Positions 51,762-60,458 of a stretch of DNA of 64,000 nucleotides are shown here, piece by piece (position 1 is the first letter of the stretch; each line of letters opens with the position of its first letter). The position numbers were made by a program, and so were the translations under genes. Source of the DNA: Bacillota bacterium (GTDB taxonomy: Bacteria > Bacillota > UBA994 > UBA5500); contig JBMNFB010000009.1 of assembly GCA_050949085.1 (NCBI GenBank), positions 130,379 through 194,378 of the forward strand. Direction: 5' to 3'. The notes under the pieces were generated by a model. That model did not search any database. It saw nothing but the letters and a program-made list of their open reading frames with translations, and was not told where the DNA came from.

Positions 51762-53627
51762 TCAGGCACCCCTGAGACTGGGGCGCTCTCGATACCCCAG
51801 GAGGCGAACAGCGTTGACAATCACCAGCAGAACCGATGCTTCATGGACCAGCATACCGAAGGACAGATCCACCGTCTTGATCAATACCCCTGCCAGCAGC
51901 AGACCCGCCACCAGCAACGCGAAGTAGATGTTCTGCCGCATGTTCGCAACCGTGGCGCGGCTGAGGCCGATTGCATAGGACAGCTTCTTCACTTCGGCTG
52001 ACATCAGGACCACATCCGCGATCTCCAGCGCTACGTCAGTGCCGGCACCGCCGATAGACACACCCAGATCAGCCGAGGCCAGCGCAGGAGCATCGTTCAC
52101 CCCGTCGCCCACCATCGCGGCTCGCCCGTACCGTTCCTGCAGTTCGTTGAGAACCTGCACCTTGCCCTCCGGTAGCAGCTCAGCGTAGTAGCCGTCCAAG
52201 CCTAACTCCTGGGATATGGCCCTGGCCGCTCGCTGATTGTCGCCGGTGAGCATGACGACCTTGCGTACACCCTGGGTGCGCAGGTTGGAGATCAGGGCGC
52301 GGGCGTCGGGCCGGATCGTGTCTGCAATGGAAATGACGCCCAACACTTCAGATGTGTTCCCCACAATCACCGCCGTCTGCCCCTTCTCCTCCTCGGACTG
52401 AAGGTAGGCCTCCTGGTCAGGTGCCAGTGCTACCCCCCTCGCCTCAAAGAGGCGTCGGTTACCGATCAGGTATTCCTCGCCCTGGTAGCGGAAGGCGAGC
52501 CCCTGCCCGGTGATGATCTCTGCCTGCTCGGGTGCTTCGTTCAGCTGCCCGAGACTGTCCTGAGCGGCGCTGACGATAGCTCTGGCCAGAGGGTGCTCCG
52601 AATATGACTCGCCGATGGCTGCGATCCTCAGCAGTTCAGCATCGTCCAGACCATAGGCGTGCACCCGCGTCACCGATGGCTTGCCGACGGTAAGGGTGCC
52701 AGTCTTATCAAAAGCGATGACGCGCACCGTGCCCAGCTTCTCCATAATCTCGCCGCCCTTGATCAGCACACCGTTCTTCGCCCCGTTGCCGATTCCGGCT
52801 ACAATTGAGACCGGCGCCGAGATCACCAGCGCCCCAGGGCAGGCGATCACCAACAGGGTTAGGGCCAGCACCAGGTCGCGGGTCAGGAAGTAGAGCAGCA
52901 CTGCCAGCACGATAATCGCTGGTGTGTAGTAGCGAGAGAACCTCTCTAGGAATTTCTGCGTCTTGGCCTTTTTATCCTGCGCCTCTTCGACCATGTCCAG
53001 GATACGTGCAAATGTCGTATCCTCCCCGACCCGGTCGGCATTGACCAGCAGGTAGCCCGATTCAATGATGGTTCCGGAGAATACTGACTCACCGACCGTT
53101 CGCTCCACCGGTATCGACTCACCCGTGATAGCCGACTGGTTGATATAGGCTGTGCCCTCGACGACCGTGCCGTCCACGGCAATCTTTTCACCCGGTCTGA
53201 TGATCACCAGATCACCGCGCTGCACGTCGGCGGGGTCAACTTCTACCTCCTGATTGCCTCTCCGCACCCGGGCCACATCCGGCGCCAATTCCAGCAAAGC
53301 CTTGATGGACGACCGCGTCTTCTCAATGGTTCGTGCTTCCAGGTAATCGCCCAGCATAAAGAGGAAGGTGACTGCAGCGGCCTCCCAGTATTCGCCGATG
53401 ATCAGGGCGCCGACCACGGCGATCGTGACCAGCGCATCGATGCCAACGATTCGGTAGCGCAGCGCCCCGATCGCCTTGAAGAAGATGGGGGTACCAGCTA
53501 CGATCGTTGACGCCAGCATGAAGATGACCGTGACCGGCTGATACCCGATAGTCTGCCTCAGTAGATAGGAAACGGCAATCAGGACACCCGACAGAGCCAC
53601 CCTCTGTCCTTTCGTCAACGTGCGCAT
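51762..53627 (-). CDS. P1B-type heavy-metal-translocating ATPase with CPG (not CPC) transmembrane motif
   Basis: DKTGTLT, HP and GDGVNDAPALA motifs are present, with 8 TM segments. TM6 reads VIACPGALVISAPV (codons TGC CCT GGG). There is no fused HMA domain. Start MRTLTKGQ at 53627. Confidence 0.8.
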   Translation of the reverse strand: MRTLTKGQRVALSGVLIAVSYLLRQTIGYQPVTVIFMLASTIVAGTPIFFKAIGALRYRIVGIDALVTIAVVGALIIGEYWEAAAVTFLFMLGDYLEARTIEKTRSSIKALLELAPDVARVRRGNQEVEVDPADVQRGDLVIIRPGEKIAVDGTVVEGTAYINQSAITGESIPVERTVGESVFSGTIIESGYLLVNADRVGEDTTFARILDMVEEAQDKKAKTQKFLERFSRYYTPAIIVLAVLLYFLTRDLVLALTLLVIACPGALVISAPVSIVAGIGNGAKNGVLIKGGEIMEKLGTVRVIAFDKTGTLTVGKPSVTRVHAYGLDDAELLRIAAIGESYSEHPLARAIVSAAQDSLGQLNEAPEQAEIITGQGLAFRYQGEEYLIGNRRLFEARGVALAPDQEAYLQSEEEKGQTAVIVGNTSEVLGVISIADTIRPDARALISNLRTQGVRKVVMLTGDNQRAARAISQELGLDGYYAELLPEGKVQVLNELQERYGRAAMVGDGVNDAPALASADLGVSIGGAGTDVALEIADVVLMSAEVKKLSYAIGLSRATVANMRQNIYFALLVAGLLLAGVLIKTVDLSFGMLVHEASVLLVIVNAVRLLGYRERPSLRGA

Positions 53628-53646
53628 TCCGCTACCCCCCTTCCCC

Positions 53647-53862
53647 TTACCTCTCTCTGAGTACCCGATAACCGAGCCGGTTGATGTTCTCCTTGATCTC
53701 CTCGGAGCTGACGACAGCCTCATCGAAGGTGACTTTCACCCGCGACGAGTTGAAGAGTACCGCCGACTCCTTGACTCCCTTGGTGCGCTGCAGCATGCCC
53801 TCGATTTTGGCAATGCAGCTTGGGCAACTGACAGTCTCCAGCTGATAGGTTTTCGTTGTCAT
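53647..53862 (-). CDS. Heavy-metal-associated (HMA) domain metallochaperone, CopZ-like with CPSC motif
   Basis: 71 aa, MTTKTYQLETVSCPSCIAKIEG..., with a ferredoxin-like HMA fold. Lies 20 nt upstream of the ATPase gene. Confidence 0.8.
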   Translation of the reverse strand: MTTKTYQLETVSCPSCIAKIEGMLQRTKGVKESAVLFNSSRVKVTFDEAVVSSEEIKENINRLGYRVLRER

Positions 53863-53922
53863 GATATGCCTCCTTTACTCGCTTTGTTGGCTTAATCATA
53901 CCCGGGAGACGGAAGCGCTACT

Positions 53923-53936
53923 TTGACGCAGGTCAA
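53923..53936. promoter_or_regulatory. FNR/CRP-like palindrome TTGAC-N4-GTCAA upstream of the copZ-ATPase-crp operon
   Basis: Perfect 5-4-5 inverted repeat about 60 nt upstream of the copZ-like start. Resembles the FNR box TTGAT-N4-ATCAA. Confidence 0.4.
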
Positions 53937-54201
53937 AATCCTGATGAAAAATCAAAGCTCCCGCAGTGGGACGCGGGAGCTTTTCAAGGGAGTACTGTGA
54001 GAACGTCATGATCACACACCGTCCTCGAACAGTATCCCTGCATGTTCAAGCATATGCTATCGGCGGGCCAAATATTCGGTCGCTCCACCGGAGGAAGCCG
54101 GGGACAATCATCGCCGGCGAGGGGCAGGAGTTGGGGGCAGGCAGGCGAAGTAGATGAAACACATCAGCAAGTCCTGCAGGATTTGCCAAGGGGGATTCTA
54201 T

Positions 54202-55002
54202 ATGGAGTGGAAAATGATTCGCAGCATCAGCGATGAGGCTGAGCGTGTGAACGCTATCTATCGGATGTTTGACGAGGATACCCGTCTCAACCGATCCAGG
54301 GCTGCGCGGGTGGAGTTCCTGACCACGGTGCGTTACGTCGAGAAATATCTGCGGCCAGGGAGCAGCGTCCTTGATCTCGGTGCCGGTGCCGGCGAGTACA
54401 GCCTCTACTTCGCCAGCCAGGGCTATGCCGTCACGGCCATCGAGTTGGCTGAACGCAACGTGGAAGCATTCCGGCGGAAAATCCAGCCAGGGATGAACAT
54501 CGACCTGCGACAGGGAAACGCTCTGGATCTGAAGGCGTTTGCCGACAACTCGTTTGACGTCGTGCTGCTGCTGGGTCCCCTCTATCACCTGGAGAACGAG
54601 GCGGACCGACTAACGTGCATCCGCGAGGCGCTGCGCGTCTGCAAGCCGGGTGGCGTGGTGTTCTTCGCCTTCATCTCCAATGACATGGTTATCATCACTG
54701 AGTTCATGTATCGGCCTGACTTCTTCAGGGAAGACACCTACGATCACACAACCTTCAAGGTTGTGGATTTCCCCTTTGTGTTCTTTACCGTCGACCAGGC
54801 CAGGGAAATGCTCAGGAAAGCCGGCGTAGACATCATCGCGGAAGTGGCAGCCGATGGCTTGAGCGAGCTGTTAGCCGACAAGATCAACGCCATGGATGAG
54901 TATAGCTACCAGCAATGGCTACGCTATCACTTCTACTGCTGCGAAAAGCCCGAGATGCTGGGGCGGAGCAACCACCTGCTCTTCATCGGGCGTAAGGTAT
55001 AG
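54202..55002 (+). CDS. Class I SAM-dependent methyltransferase
   Basis: VLDLGAGAGEY (motif I) and VVLLLGPLYHL (post-I/II). Start MEWKMIRS probably at 54202. Confidence 0.7.
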   Translation: MEWKMIRSISDEAERVNAIYRMFDEDTRLNRSRAARVEFLTTVRYVEKYLRPGSSVLDLGAGAGEYSLYFASQGYAVTAIELAERNVEAFRRKIQPGMNIDLRQGNALDLKAFADNSFDVVLLLGPLYHLENEADRLTCIREALRVCKPGGVVFFAFISNDMVIITEFMYRPDFFREDTYDHTTFKVVDFPFVFFTVDQAREMLRKAGVDIIAEVAADGLSELLADKINAMDEYSYQQWLRYHFYCCEKPEMLGRSNHLLFIGRKV

Positions 55003-55132
55003 GCCCTGCAGGAAACGCGCCTGATGGGGTGTGCCCTGCCCCGTCCTGAGATTCACTTCCAGAAAAAAACCCACTGTAACCCGGGAGGGAAACAGTGGGT
55101 TTGTTCATTGCTACAGCCCGAATAGATCCATC

Positions 55133-55894
55133 TCACTTTACCCAGTAGGCGCTGCCATCCCGCTTCCTGTCCAGATAGCCATACTGGATCAGGTAGCGGC
55201 GGATAGTGACAAAGTCAGGGTAGATGTCAGCGAGGATGCTGTTCACATCCTTCTCGCTATACTGACGCCCTCGCTCGAACTCCTGGGCAATCTGGCGCAG
55301 CACAACGATTTTCTTCTTTTCTTTGGCCGGAAACACCTTTAGCCTCAATGGCGCCAGGCTGGAGAAGAGGTCTGCTATGATTTTCCTGCTTTCAGCTTCG
55401 GTTATCTCGTACCTCTGATCCACCATCGTTGCACCTCCATGCACCGGCACCAGACTATGCTGGCCGGAATCTCCACCCTTCTCCAGACCGGCGCAAACCA
55501 TCTCCCAAAGCGCCAGATACAGTTTCGCCGATTTGGCCTTCTCCCGAAACACGAAACGCCTGTGCCTGACTGTCGATGGCGAAATGCCCAGGCGGGCAGA
55601 GATCTCCTGATCAGACAGGCCGGCGCTAAGCAGGTGCAGGAGCTCCCGTTGGTTCTCAGTCAGCGAGAGGTACCTGCTATCCAGGTTCAGGAGATCGGCC
55701 AGTCGCTTGCAGTGGTCGGACTGAATATGGATCTGAGTCGCCCGCTCCGCCACATAGAATCTGTCGCCTATCCTGAACACCTCGTTGACCGGAAACCGCC
55801 GGCCACAATCAACGCAGACATACTCCTCCCCTGCCTCATCCAGGAAGTAGCCAGCGACGATCTGCTGAACCGTCAAAGCCTCCAAATCCAGCAT
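55133..55894 (-). CDS. DUF2087-like / LuxR-type HTH transcriptional regulator
   Basis: LTENQRELLHLLSAGLSDQEISARLGISPSTVRHRRF is a GerE/LuxR-type HTH. The C-terminal part resembles DUF2087. Confidence 0.6.
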   Translation of the reverse strand: MLDLEALTVQQIVAGYFLDEAGEEYVCVDCGRRFPVNEVFRIGDRFYVAERATQIHIQSDHCKRLADLLNLDSRYLSLTENQRELLHLLSAGLSDQEISARLGISPSTVRHRRFVFREKAKSAKLYLALWEMVCAGLEKGGDSGQHSLVPVHGGATMVDQRYEITEAESRKIIADLFSSLAPLRLKVFPAKEKKKIVVLRQIAQEFERGRQYSEKDVNSILADIYPDFVTIRRYLIQYGYLDRKRDGSAYWVK

Positions 55895-56106
55895 CCTATC
55901 CCCCTCCGTTTACCTTTAACCTAAACAGATTCTATTATTGTTGGCACACAAAGTCAACGCCTTCCGCCGCGGCGGAAGCAGGAGCTCTGTTTACATGCAA
56001 CTGGCAAACCTCAGGTGCTCACCCAAAAGCTCAGGTATGGTTTATGATTAGGGTATCTGGGCTGAAGAGCGGGACAGGGGCCCGCAATATAAGCAGTAGG
56101 AGAGAG

Positions 56107-57033
56107 ATGATGAGCAAAAAGCTAAGGGGAGAGTTGATGCTGCTGTTGACAGCACTGATCTGGGGAGCATCGTTTGTTGCCCAGAGGGCAGGAATGGCCT
56201 ATATCGGTCCGTTTACGTTTAACGGCATCAGATCATACATCGGCGCCCTGACCCTGCTCCCATTGATCATCGCCATGGATCGACGCGAGCAGAAAACTGG
56301 GCGCAACGCTGATAGCGATTCAGCGCAGTGCCGATGGGCGGAACGGCGGGTCTCATTGACGGGCGGAATCTGGTGCGGGATCATCCTTTTTGTTGCCAGT
56401 TCGCTGCAGCAGTATGGCATGCTCTATACAACAGCGGGCAAGGCAGGGTTTATCACCGCCCTCTACATCGTGCTGGTGCCGCTGCTGGGCCTGTTCCTGA
56501 AGCGCCGGGTGCGCCCGCTCGTCTGGCTCTGTGTGGCGCTGGCGACCATCGGTCTCTACCTGCTCTCCGTCGAAGAAGGGCTGTCCATCGGCAAAGGCGA
56601 CTGGCTGGTCATGGCCTGCGCCGTCGGCTTCGCCGTCCACATTCTGGTCATTGACCATTTCTCGCCCCATGTAAACGGCGTGAAGCTATCCTGCCTGCAG
56701 TTTTTCGTCTGCGGGCTGCTCTCGACCCCGTTCATGCTGGCGTTCGAGACCATCGACTGGGCAGGCATCGTCAGCTCCTGGCTACCGATTCTCTACGCAG
56801 GAATCATGTCCTGCGGGGTAGCCTACACCCTGCAGATCATTGCGCAACGAGACACCGACCCCACCATCGCCTCGATAATTCTCTCGCTGGAGTCGGTGTT
56901 TGCGCTGCTGACCGGCATAGCCATCCTCAGCGAGCAGGTTACTGCGCGCCAGGCAGCAGGTTGTGCCACCATGTTGACAGCCACGATTCTCGCCCAGCTT
57001 CCTTCCCGGGAGGGACGCCGGGCGGCGACTTGA
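56107..57033 (+). CDS. DMT superfamily transporter (EamA)
   Basis: Two EamA-like 5-TM halves. Start MMSKKLRG after AGGAGAGAG. Confidence 0.75.
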   Translation: MMSKKLRGELMLLLTALIWGASFVAQRAGMAYIGPFTFNGIRSYIGALTLLPLIIAMDRREQKTGRNADSDSAQCRWAERRVSLTGGIWCGIILFVASSLQQYGMLYTTAGKAGFITALYIVLVPLLGLFLKRRVRPLVWLCVALATIGLYLLSVEEGLSIGKGDWLVMACAVGFAVHILVIDHFSPHVNGVKLSCLQFFVCGLLSTPFMLAFETIDWAGIVSSWLPILYAGIMSCGVAYTLQIIAQRDTDPTIASIILSLESVFALLTGIAILSEQVTARQAAGCATMLTATILAQLPSREGRRAAT

Positions 57034-57146
57034 GGCACCTTCCTGGGCTTCGCTCGTTCAGAGGCTGGTGCACGATCGGATATCTAGCCTGGGCATACCC
57101 TTTAGGGCTCATCGCCATAGGCACGAAGGAGGACATCCCCTGCACT

Positions 57147-57872
57147 TTAGGGGGACAATGGTGAGGGCTCTCGCGACGACCTCAGTCCTTGCAGCACTTC
57201 CTTTTTCACGCCGTGCCCCGGCAGCTTCCGGACAGAGAATCCGGCGGCAGCCAGGCTCCGCTGGACAGCGCTGGCCACAGTAAACGTAGAACAGGCGCCG
57301 CCAGGCTTAGTCCTTTCGCCAATGGCAGCTAGCAGTTCCGGGCGCCACATGGACGGGTTCTTGCGCGGGCTGTGACCGTCCAGGAACCAGAGATCGCAGG
57401 CTGTATCCAGCGCCTCCACCATTTCCAGCGCCTCGCCGATCCAGAGGCGCAGGCCAATCACCCCGAAGGGGCGCTGAAGCCGCATGCTGTGCCAGCCGGG
57501 CCGCTGGATATCCAGCGACCGATAGGCCTCCACCAGGGCGGCGATCTCCTCGTCGGCCCTGTCCTGGAAATGGGCGAGGATGGTGCAGATGCGATCCACG
57601 CTGAGCGGGTGCAGCTCCACCGAGTAGTAGTCGATCGCGACGTTCTCCACGCCGTGCCGCCGCAGGAAATCCATCAGCGCGACGACAATGCGCCCCGCCC
57701 CAAACCCTGTTTCTCCGATCACCAACCGCCCGTCGTTAGCCGCGAGCCGCTCCAGCAGCCGATTGTGCCGGAAGTGGATGTGCTCAGCCTCTTCCAGCGC
57801 ATCGACCACGTCGAAATAGCGGTCTGCATAGCGCTCGTTGATCAGGTGGGGCGGTGTGCGCACTTCCCTCAC
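57147..57872 (-). CDS. tRNA mnm5s2U34 methyltransferase domain protein (MnmC2/MnmD-like, stand-alone)
   Basis: DLWFLDGHSPRKNPSMW and the ...PGGACSTFT... block match the MnmC methyltransferase (DUF752) domain. Confidence 0.65.
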   Translation of the reverse strand: MREVRTPPHLINERYADRYFDVVDALEEAEHIHFRHNRLLERLAANDGRLVIGETGFGAGRIVVALMDFLRRHGVENVAIDYYSVELHPLSVDRICTILAHFQDRADEEIAALVEAYRSLDIQRPGWHSMRLQRPFGVIGLRLWIGEALEMVEALDTACDLWFLDGHSPRKNPSMWRPELLAAIGERTKPGGACSTFTVASAVQRSLAAAGFSVRKLPGHGVKKEVLQGLRSSREPSPLSP

Positions 57873-58309
57873 AGCTGCCCCTTCCTCACGCAGTCCTCCA
57901 TGATGCGCAGCCGCTCTTCAAAGCTGATCACCCGGTGGACTTGATGGAGCAGCCACTGAAAGCCGAATGGATCCTGAAATATCGCGTTGCTCACACCCAT
58001 GGCCGGCAGTTCCTTCACCGGCTGGATCTCCACACAGCCCGCGGCCATCGCCTTGGCATAAGTCGCCTTGATATCCGGCACCAGAACGTTCATCCACATG
58101 GGCTGGATACCACCCTTAGGGGCGATGAGCATATACTCGGGATTCTCGTCGAGCATGTGGAACCGCGTTCCATACATGCTGAAGATCGCTTCGTTCATGC
58201 CCTTCTCGAAGTTGGTTACCTCAAGGCGCTCCACGTCAAAAATGCTCTCATACAGCGCCAGCGCCTCCAGACTATCTGGCACTACCATGTTGACCTCTAC
58301 ACGAACCAC
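57869..58309 (-). CDS. VOC family protein (glyoxalase/bleomycin-resistance fold)
   Basis: 146 aa with a paired beta-alpha-beta-beta-beta module pattern. Confidence 0.6.
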   Translation of the reverse strand: MVRVEVNMVVPDSLEALALYESIFDVERLEVTNFEKGMNEAIFSMYGTRFHMLDENPEYMLIAPKGGIQPMWMNVLVPDIKATYAKAMAAGCVEIQPVKELPAMGVSNAIFQDPFGFQWLLHQVHRVISFEERLRIMEDCVRKGQL

Positions 58310-58400
58310 TGTCTTTCCTCCTTCCAGGAATCGCGTTTACCATTAGCTTCTCCCTGGAGCTAACCCCATCCTCCCCAGGGGGGTAGTCGCTGGTGATTTT

Positions 58401-58441
58401 CCCAGAGAAAAAGCGGCACCGGCGCTTGCGTCCGATGCCGC
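58401..58441 (-). terminator. Intrinsic terminator after the VWA gene (minus-strand orientation)
   Basis: GCGGCA...TGCCGC stem with TTTTTCTCTGGG on the minus strand. Confidence 0.55.
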
Positions 58442-58464
58442 GCTGAATCGTCGATGACGACACA

Positions 58465-59148
58465 TCACTTCGGCTGCTGCGTGCCGCGCCCGGGGCTCCT
58501 CTGGCCGCCACGACGCACGAAATCCTGCCGGATCTCCTCGCCCCAGTCGTCCCTGATGGAGCCGCTGGTGCGGAACGACCTGACTGCGTCCGCCGTTACT
58601 GCGTAGTTGAGCCGCGTGCCCTCGCTATCGGCGTGGAAGTTCTGCGCCCGCTCCGGGGCAATGCCGAAACGTCCGGCGAATTCCACCGCATCGATATTGG
58701 CGCCAAGAAAGATGAACTCCCAGCCATATCTGGACTTCTCATACTCAATCATCGACCTGACCTGGCCATAGGTGAACTCGCGGCTGGCATTCTCCATACC
58801 ATCGGTGATAATCACGAACAACACCTTGTCGGCCCGAAACTCCGCCAGCGTATGCTTCTGAGCGCTGACAATCTTGTTGATAGTTCTGCCGATGGCGTCC
58901 AGCAGCGCTGTCGAACCCCCCACCGAGTACTCCATCTCGGTGATGGGGGCCACCGCCCGGATGGCAATCCGGTCGTGCAGCACTTCATAGCCGTGGTTAA
59001 ACAGCACCGTCGTGATCCGCGCGTCGCCCTCGACCGCCTTCTGCTTCTCCAGCATGGAGTTGAATCCACCGATGGTGTCGCTCTCCAATCCGGACATGGA
59101 CCCACTCTTATCCAGGATAAACACCAGTTCCGTCAGGTTCTTCTTCAT
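58465..59148 (-). CDS. von Willebrand factor type A (VWA) domain protein
   Basis: MIDAS motif DKSGSMSG...T..DG. 227 aa, cytoplasmic (no signal peptide). Confidence 0.75.
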   Translation of the reverse strand: MKKNLTELVFILDKSGSMSGLESDTIGGFNSMLEKQKAVEGDARITTVLFNHGYEVLHDRIAIRAVAPITEMEYSVGGSTALLDAIGRTINKIVSAQKHTLAEFRADKVLFVIITDGMENASREFTYGQVRSMIEYEKSRYGWEFIFLGANIDAVEFAGRFGIAPERAQNFHADSEGTRLNYAVTADAVRSFRTSGSIRDDWGEEIRQDFVRRGGQRSPGRGTQQPK

Positions 59149-59231
59149 CGCCTGTTCCTCCGTTCCTTATTGTTCTGAACAGAGGATACCACCCGCCCTA
59201 ATCAGTCAGGTCGCTTCCCAGGCGACAAATC

Positions 59232-60227
59232 TCATCCGCCCAGCAGCGGTTGATCGTAGTAGAATAGTACCTCATTGATCTCAAAAATGTCGTATTTCCC
59301 GTTGCTGATGAAGTACTCAATGATCACATCGAACTTCTGGCTGCGGGAGAGGGCATAACCAGCCCGTTCCAGCAAGTCGTTCGTCTCCTCCAGATCAAGC
59401 TCCAGCGCGATGGCCAGAGCGATGGCGGTTTTCTTGCTCGGCCGATAGCCCTGATTGCTGCGTATTTTGGAGAACAGCCGCCGATCAAGGTTAGCACCCT
59501 TGTAGACCTCAACATCGGTCATGCCCTTGGCATCGATCAGCCGCAGCAGCGTTTCGGAGAACGATTCATCAAGCCGGCCGATCAGCTCATCGACGCCCAT
59601 GACCCGGCTGAAGACTACATCCTCAGCCGGAGCTTCCTTAAGCGCCACCATCTCGGCATCGAGCAACTGCCTTCGGCGGCGCATATCTATGTGCCGATCA
59701 ACGTAGTGCTGATCGACGTAGGCGCTCACTTCCCCCAGCAACTCCTGGGAGAGAGCGAATGCCGCTTTGTCAAAGACGACGAGGTAGACCGTGAGGTCGT
59801 TGTCCAGCAGGAAGCCGCGGATAGCAGACATGGCAATCGCCAATGCTTCGCCCTTGGGATAGCCAAAGAGGCCGCTGGAGATCAGCGGAAAAGCGACTGA
59901 TTCACACTCATATTGCTGCGCCAGCTTAAGCGAATTGAGGTAGCAGGCCTGCAGCAACCCCGCCTCGCCATGCTGCCCACCCCGATATACAGGCCCCGCC
60001 GTATGGATGATATACCTGGCTGGCAGGTTGAAGGCGCTAGTGATCACGGCCTCACCCGTATTGATGGGCTTCAACGCGTCACAGGCCGCCTGCAGCTCCC
60101 GGGCGCCGGCAGCTCGAAAAATGGCTCCGCAGACGCCTCCGCCCATCTGCAGCTCAGTGTTGGCGGCGTTGACGATGGCATCGACCTTCATCCTGGCAAT
60201 ATCGTTTCTCACGATCTGCAATGGCAT
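59232..60227 (-). CDS. Macro domain (ADP-ribose binding/processing) protein with C-terminal XRE-type HTH
   Basis: N-terminus VDAIVNAANTELQMGGGVCGAIFRAAG...GYPKGEAL is a Macro/Appr-1-p processing domain. The C-terminal ...DVEVYKGANLDRRLFSKIRSNQGYRPSKKTAIALAIALELDLEETNDLLERAGYAL is HTH_XRE-like. Confidence 0.7.
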   Translation of the reverse strand: MPLQIVRNDIARMKVDAIVNAANTELQMGGGVCGAIFRAAGARELQAACDALKPINTGEAVITSAFNLPARYIIHTAGPVYRGGQHGEAGLLQACYLNSLKLAQQYECESVAFPLISSGLFGYPKGEALAIAMSAIRGFLLDNDLTVYLVVFDKAAFALSQELLGEVSAYVDQHYVDRHIDMRRRRQLLDAEMVALKEAPAEDVVFSRVMGVDELIGRLDESFSETLLRLIDAKGMTDVEVYKGANLDRRLFSKIRSNQGYRPSKKTAIALAIALELDLEETNDLLERAGYALSRSQKFDVIIEYFISNGKYDIFEINEVLFYYDQPLLGG

Positions 60228-60458
60228 CTACAAACCCTCCGCCTCTCTGGTGAATTCGCTTCCTGATTTCGACACCGCACCGCACCTTCCCTGCCGCGGA
60301 TTCCCCCGAGACCAGTCTGCGCTTGTTTCGGCAAGACTGGTGGGCCAGCAATTCCTGTCATCTCTTCATGAAGGGGACTTTAAGAGGATATTAGACTGAC
60401 ACAATGAAGTAGGATGTGATGACTTCTGTTCCAGAGATAGTTTTAGGGAGGGATTGCG

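Noticed and set aside
54046-54588. 180-aa minus-strand ORF overlapping the methyltransferase gene
   Set aside because: Antisense to a gene with clear SAM-methyltransferase motifs. No ribosome-binding site.
59232-60227. DarG antitoxin of a DarTG toxin-antitoxin system (a Macro-domain protein)
   Set aside because: No DarT (DUF4433) gene lies adjacent; upstream is intergenic and then a plus-strand S10 peptidase. The C-terminal domain looks like an XRE HTH rather than a DarT-binding domain.
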